In this document: piece by piece, positions 58,875-64,000 of the stretch
Layout: each line of letters opens with the position of its first letter
How positions within the stretch are numbered: the stretch's first letter is position 1
Assembly: GCA_964036045.1 (NCBI GenBank)
Contig: OZ038379.1
Coordinates: forward strand, 14,136,001-14,200,000
DNA length: 64,000 nt
Source of the DNA: Eutreptiella sp. 'Long Island Sound 2002'
Taxonomy: Eukaryota > Protista > Euglenida
Direction of reading: 5' to 3'
Program-made: the position numbers and the translations under genes
Notes under the pieces: model-generated
Databases searched by the model: none
Told to the model about the DNA's origin: nothing
The model's input: only the letters and a program-made list of their open reading frames with translations

Positions 58875-60578
58875 GGCCCGCCGGATTTAACCGTACCTGG
58901 GTTCGGCGTACCTGTCGGCTCGGCGTACCTGTCGGCTCGGCGTACTTTCGGCCGGCCGATCGGCCGGCCGAAAGTCCGGCCGTACCTTCGGCCCGCCGAC
59001 TCGGCTGGCCGAAGGTACGGCCGTACCTTCGGCCAGCCGATCGGCCGGCCGAAAGTACGGCCGTACCTTCGGCCGGCCGATCGGCCGGCCGAAGGTACGG
59101 TTTAATCCGTCACCCCCCCTTGGCAACGGAGGGTTAGGGTTAGATCCGGAACTCCCACCCAACTCCCCGCCGGGCCCTACGGGGTGAAAAGGGGGCACGG
59201 GCAGGGCCTCGGGGGTGGTTCCCGAGAGCGCTCAACCGTGGTCCACTATAAAGCTGTACACACAGAAGGCGGTGCACACACAAGGCGGAACACACAAAAG
59301 GCGGTCTATAGCCACCGCAGGAGTCATGTTATTAAAGGGGCCACAGGCAAGGCGGTACACACAGAAGGCGGTACACACAAAAGGCGGTGTGTGGCCACCG
59401 CAGGAGTCATGTTATTAAAGGGGCCACAGGCAAGGCGGTACACACAAAAGGCGGTGCACACACAAGGCGGAACACACAAAAGGCGGTCTGTGGCCACCGC
59501 AGGAGTCATGTTATTAAAGGGGCCACAGGCAAGGCGGTACACACAAAAGGCGGTGCACACACAAGGCGGAACACACAAAAGGCGGTCTGTGGCCACCGCA
59601 GGAGTCATGTTATTAAAGGGGCCACAGGCAAGGCGGTACACACAAAAGGCGGTGCACACACAAGGCGGAACACACAAAAGGCGGTCTGTGGCCACCGCAG
59701 GAGTCATGTTATTAAAGGGGACACAGGCAAGGCGGTACACACAAAAGGCGGTGCACACACAAGGCGGAACACACAAAAGGCGGTCTGTGGCCACCGCAGG
59801 AGTCATGTTATTAAAGGGGCCACAGGCAAGGCGGTACACACAAAAGGCGGTGCACACACAAGGCGGAACACACAAAAGGCGGTCTGTGGCCACCGCAGGA
59901 GTCATGTTATTAAAGGGGCCACAGGCAAGGCGGTACACACAAAAGGCGGTGCACACACAAGGCGGAACACACAAAAGGCGGTCTGTGGCCACCGCAGGAG
60001 TCATGTTATTAAAGGGGCCACAGGCAAGGCGGTACACACAAAAGGCAGTGCACACACAAGGCGGAACACACAAAAGGCGGTCTGTGGCCACCGCAGGAGT
60101 CATGTTATTAAAGGGGCCACAGGCAAGGCGGTACACACAAAAGGCGGTGCACACAAAAGGCGGACTGTGGCCACTGCAGGCGTCCTGTTATTAATATATA
60201 GGGGGGGGGGTTGTTAGTATATGGGGGTCTTACTACAAGGGGGGGTGACGGATTAAACCGTACCTTCGGCCGGCCGACTCGGCCGGCCGGAGGTACGGCC
60301 GTACTTTCGGCCGGCCGATTCGGCCGGCCAGAGGTACGGCCGTACTTCCGGCCGGCCGAAGGTACGGCCGTACTTTCGGCCGGCCGAGCCGGCCGGCCGA
60401 AGGTACGGCCGTACCTTCGGCCGGCCGAAAGTACGGCCGTACCTCCGGCCGTTTTTTCGGCCAAAACAAGGGGGGGATGACGGATTAAACCGTACTTTCG
60501 GCCGGCCGATCGGCCGGCCGAAAGTACGCCGAGCCGACAGGTACGCCGAACCCCAGGTACGGTTTAATCCGGTGAGCT
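58875..60578. mobile_element. Non-autonomous fold-back / Mutator-like DNA element with a 9-bp TSD
   Basis: TSD GGCTCAGCA at 58866-58874 and 60579-60587. Termini GGCCCGCCGGATTTAACC and (reverse complement) AGCTCACCGGATTAAACC. TIRs at about 58875-59122 and 60237-60578. No transposase. Confidence 0.88.
59260..60195 (+). repeat. 99-bp tandem array (about 9-10 copies) inside the fold-back element
   Basis: GCCACCGCAGGAGTCATGTTATTAAAGGGG at 59394, 59493, 59592 and onward to 60087. Internal AAGGCGG(T/A)ACACACA subunits. Confidence 0.96.
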
Positions 60579-63450
60579 GGCTCAGCAAGTGCCGGTTGGT
60601 GCCTCCGGGTGTACGCACGGGTTTGGAGTTTCAGGTGTCCACATCGCTTGTCCCAAGCCACTGGGAAAGGGTGTGTTTGGTGGGTGAGAGTGGGATATGT
60701 GTCCCTCTGCCCCTGGGCGTCCCTCCCATTGCAGCGCCGGCATGCTTGGCATTCAGTCCTTCCCACTGCAGTGGAATTCGGAGGGTGCCCACCACCACCG
60801 AGGCAGGAACCCGGGAGTTGCGGAGTACCAAGTGTTGCCCGTCGGTGGTACGCAGCATGTCCAGGCCATTTGCCCTTTGGGGAACAATGAGGGCGGCATT
60901 TTGATCCGTGGGAGGGCCCGCGGCATCTCTGCTACACATCGCATGGTCAGGCTGGTCTGTACATGGCAACTCTTTTCTCGCTTTCCTCGCATACCAGTCG
61001 CTCCTGTTTTCGGCGTGCGATCGACACCCAGGCCATCCCCTTTATTGGCCTCCATACCCGAATCCCGGAGCCTTCGGAGCCCCTCTTCTGAGCAGTTCTT
61101 TATGGCTTGCAACCCACCCCCCACCGCCCCCCCGCTGGGTGTGCCATGACCTGTGCGAGGGCTTTAAGCACAGAGCACATTGTACACACAAAAGGGGGGG
61201 GGAGGGGCTACAGACTAGTGACAAGCAGACGCCACGAAGCCCCCGCCCCGCCCCGCTCCCCCCTCGCCGGTAGTAGAGGCAACGCTGCTGCGGACCTGCG
61301 CTGCGCGAAGCGGCGCAGGTCCGGACCGCCAGTGTCTAAACCGGAGCTCTCCTCCCAAATACAATTACACACTCCCCCAACCCCCCCACGTACAGCACGG
61401 AGGCACGCCTCCACAACACACACCCCAGTGCGGGAGACCGGAAGCACCAATCGGCAAACGTACTCCATTTTATGGTTTAGCCCCCCCCCCCCCTCCGGAG
61501 GTCTACCAGGACTCCATGGGTGCTTGGGGTGTGAGCAGCGTTCCCTTGTGTGTTTGTCCCCCCCACCCCCACCCTTCGACCCAAAACAGGCCCTACAGAC
61601 CCAAACAGGCCCTACATAGCTCTTGGGCTGGATTGCGGCCGTTTTGGATTTTGCAGTCCAGGGAAGTGCAATTCAGCCCAGGCCCCCTGGGGTCAGGCGT
61701 CTGTGCAACTGAAGGGCACCAGGCGTACCGTGCAATGCCGCGTTGTTGCGATCGATCTATTGGATTGGTCGCTGTGTCATCAACCGCGTCAATCACGGCC
61801 ACCGAGCCATGAACGGTTGGCAAAACCGTGGCCACTGTGTCACAAATCCCGTCAAATGTGTCACACTCAGCAACGAGCATGTCATGGATCGCTGCGAATG
61901 GTGCCCGGCATCAAATTGCGCGTCCGCCGTCCCCACTGGGGATCTTCTCCAAACTGTGATGTACCATTCGGTGCTTTCGCTGAGGCACACAAGGGACCCA
62001 TCCATGTTCAGCTGAGGGGCCATGGCCTTTGCTGTGCTGATTATTCTCCATTGGGGAAGGGTGGGGGGGTTGGACCTCCCACGGACGCCCCCCTCTTTTA
62101 ATGGTTCCCAAGGCGGTGCGGTTGAAGACAGAGGAAGCATGGTGCGCAACTACTCCTGTGCGCCGTTTTCCGCCCGTCTGCCAGCTGCCATCAATCAGTC
62201 ATTGTGAATGTCAGTACCGCAAAACCTTTTTGGTTCAAAAATGGCCAAAACTGTGTTCACTGAACCCCGGACAGGCATGGGTTTATCCAGACCCCCTCGT
62301 GACTCTGATTCCAAAAAAAAATCATTTTCAATTTTTCTGACATTGGGGGTCCAGGCCATCCCCCGGGGAGGTGTGCCATGAAGGCATTTAATGAAGGAGT
62401 ATGCCGGTTGGTATTTCCCGGTGTACGTACGCCTGCGCTTTTCGAGGAGAGAACCCTCGCTTTGTGGAGAGGTGGGTTGGTTGCCCACTTGTGGTTGGGG
62501 GTGAAGGGGGAGGGCTCTGAAATACTGCCAGAGGTGGGCAGCCAGTTGGGTTACCTACCAGCCTGGGAATTTTTTTTTAGTTTTTACTGTGAGAGAGTGA
62601 AACGGTTGTCCCGCTACTCATGAGTGCTGCTTCTGCCCCTTGGTGTCTCTCCCACGCCGGTGCCGGCATGCTTGGAGGGTGCTCACCACCACTACTGATG
62701 TAGGAAATGTAACTCAGGGCCAGGGGGTTCTGGATTACCAGGTGTTACCCATCAGTGGTGTGCAGCATGCTGAGGCATTCTGCCAGTAGTTTCAGGGAAT
62801 CTGTGCATCCCATTACAAGGTGGGGGGGTCCGGGGGTGCAGTCAGTGGAGCCTTTTTTTGGGGGGGGTCCCGGGCCATCCCCCCGCAATCGTAAATCTGG
62901 GGTGCCCTGATCGACAATCACTCTCAAAGAAGTACCCCCCCCCCCCCCCGTGCCTAGGAACCACCTTGCGCAAGAACCGCTCCCTGGTTCCGCGGTCGAA
63001 CTCTCGCACCCCTTTTTTTACCAGGGTATTGGGTTTTTCATGGTTCTGGTGGATGTAGGACAGCTGTTCAGGTGTGCAGGACATCATTTCATGTGTGTTG
63101 CTACGGGTCCCCCCATCACTCCTTTGGTGTTCATTTGTCAACGTGGTTAACTGTGGGAAAGGAGAGGGCGCGCATGTTGCGGGGTAATGCGCCGGAAAAT
63201 TTTTTTTCGTGGTACGGGGCTGCCCACGGTCATGCGCAAGAACCAACCCCTGGTTCCGCAGTCGAATTTTGGGGGAAAAGCGTGCGCAAGAACTGCCCGC
63301 TGGTTCCGCGGTCAAACATTGCCGGTTCCTGGGCACGGGGGGGGGGGGGTACAACGAGGCATAGAACCGTCGCCAATCTTGCTGTCCGTCTTGTCCATAG
63401 CAGGGATAGCCGTAAGAATGGGTCTAAATTTTTGGCCGGAGGGGGGGAGG

Positions 63451-63810
63451 GTCTGGGTATCTGTCACTCAGTGACACATGGAGAGTGACAGATGTAGATG
63501 ATGGCCAAGTGCCGCAGTGTAGCAGTGCATGTTTGTAATGGACAGATGGAGATGGCGCTGTCGGTGACAGTGACAGTTACAGGTACAGTGACAGTGGCAA
63601 TTTGTTGCAAACTGTAATGCCTGATTCAATGTTTTTGTCTGCTGCCTTCCTGCTGCAGACCTATTTCCAGCAGCAGCAATCTTTGTTGCTCCTCGGATGA
63701 CAGTAACGGTGATTGTTAACACATGCATGGACAAATCTGTTCGTCGGCGCGCACTGTGTTGTTTGCTTGTGCAGCATTTCTGTCACGCTTGTCATGTCAC
63801 TCGTCACTCA
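63451..63810. mobile_element. Second MITE-like element with the same ends as 34473-34762 but a different interior
   Basis: CTGTCACTCAGTGACA...TGTCACTCGTCACTC, with internal GTGACA subrepeats. Confidence 0.5.
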
Positions 63811-64000
63811 TCATTTGAGAGCGGGGAGAGGGGCTGCTATGATATTCCCTGGTCCACAGATTTCTGTTCACACATGCCCTGTAAAATCGTGGTTGGATCG
63901 GGATATGCGCGCATGGTTTTGGCCCCCACTGTCCTAGCACCGCAAAGCAGCGGTTGTTGGCTTTGCGGCTTCACTGCGCACAGCCCTGGGCGTATGCAAT

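Noticed and set aside
59184-60217. 276-336-aa repetitive ORFs
   Set aside because: The 99-bp unit is a multiple of 3 and is open in several frames on both strands; it is the non-coding core of the fold-back element.

Overview
Eukaryotic, repeat-rich genomic window, probably from a protist (the repeat style is euglenid-like, but this is an unproven impression). (1) Positions 1-35699 hold the 3' part (domains II-IV plus the IQ tail) of a + strand four-domain voltage-gated Ca-type channel gene in six exons, with one 20.1-kb GC-AG intron. (2) Its introns contain non-LTR retroelements embedded in microsatellites. One is a 15.8-kb, apparently intact APE-RT-RNase H LINE inside a (GT)n array, with two ORF1 paralogs and a decayed duplicate of its ORF2 C-terminus. 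The other is a 5'-truncated LINE of a second family inside (CACAA)n. (3) Downstream lies a 3.4-kb non-autonomous LTR element with a 4-bp TSD, a PPT and an 11-nt PBS complementary to its own LTR, as in Tf1-type self-priming. (4) A 1.7-kb fold-back element has a 9-bp TSD and a 99-bp internal tandem array. (5) Small exons at about 52.9-58.4 kb probably belong to a second, Cys-rich surface-protein gene. Minisatellites, MITE-like and SINE-like repeats fill the rest. No rRNA, tRNA or CRISPR could be supported. All calls come from reading by eye; no database searches were run.
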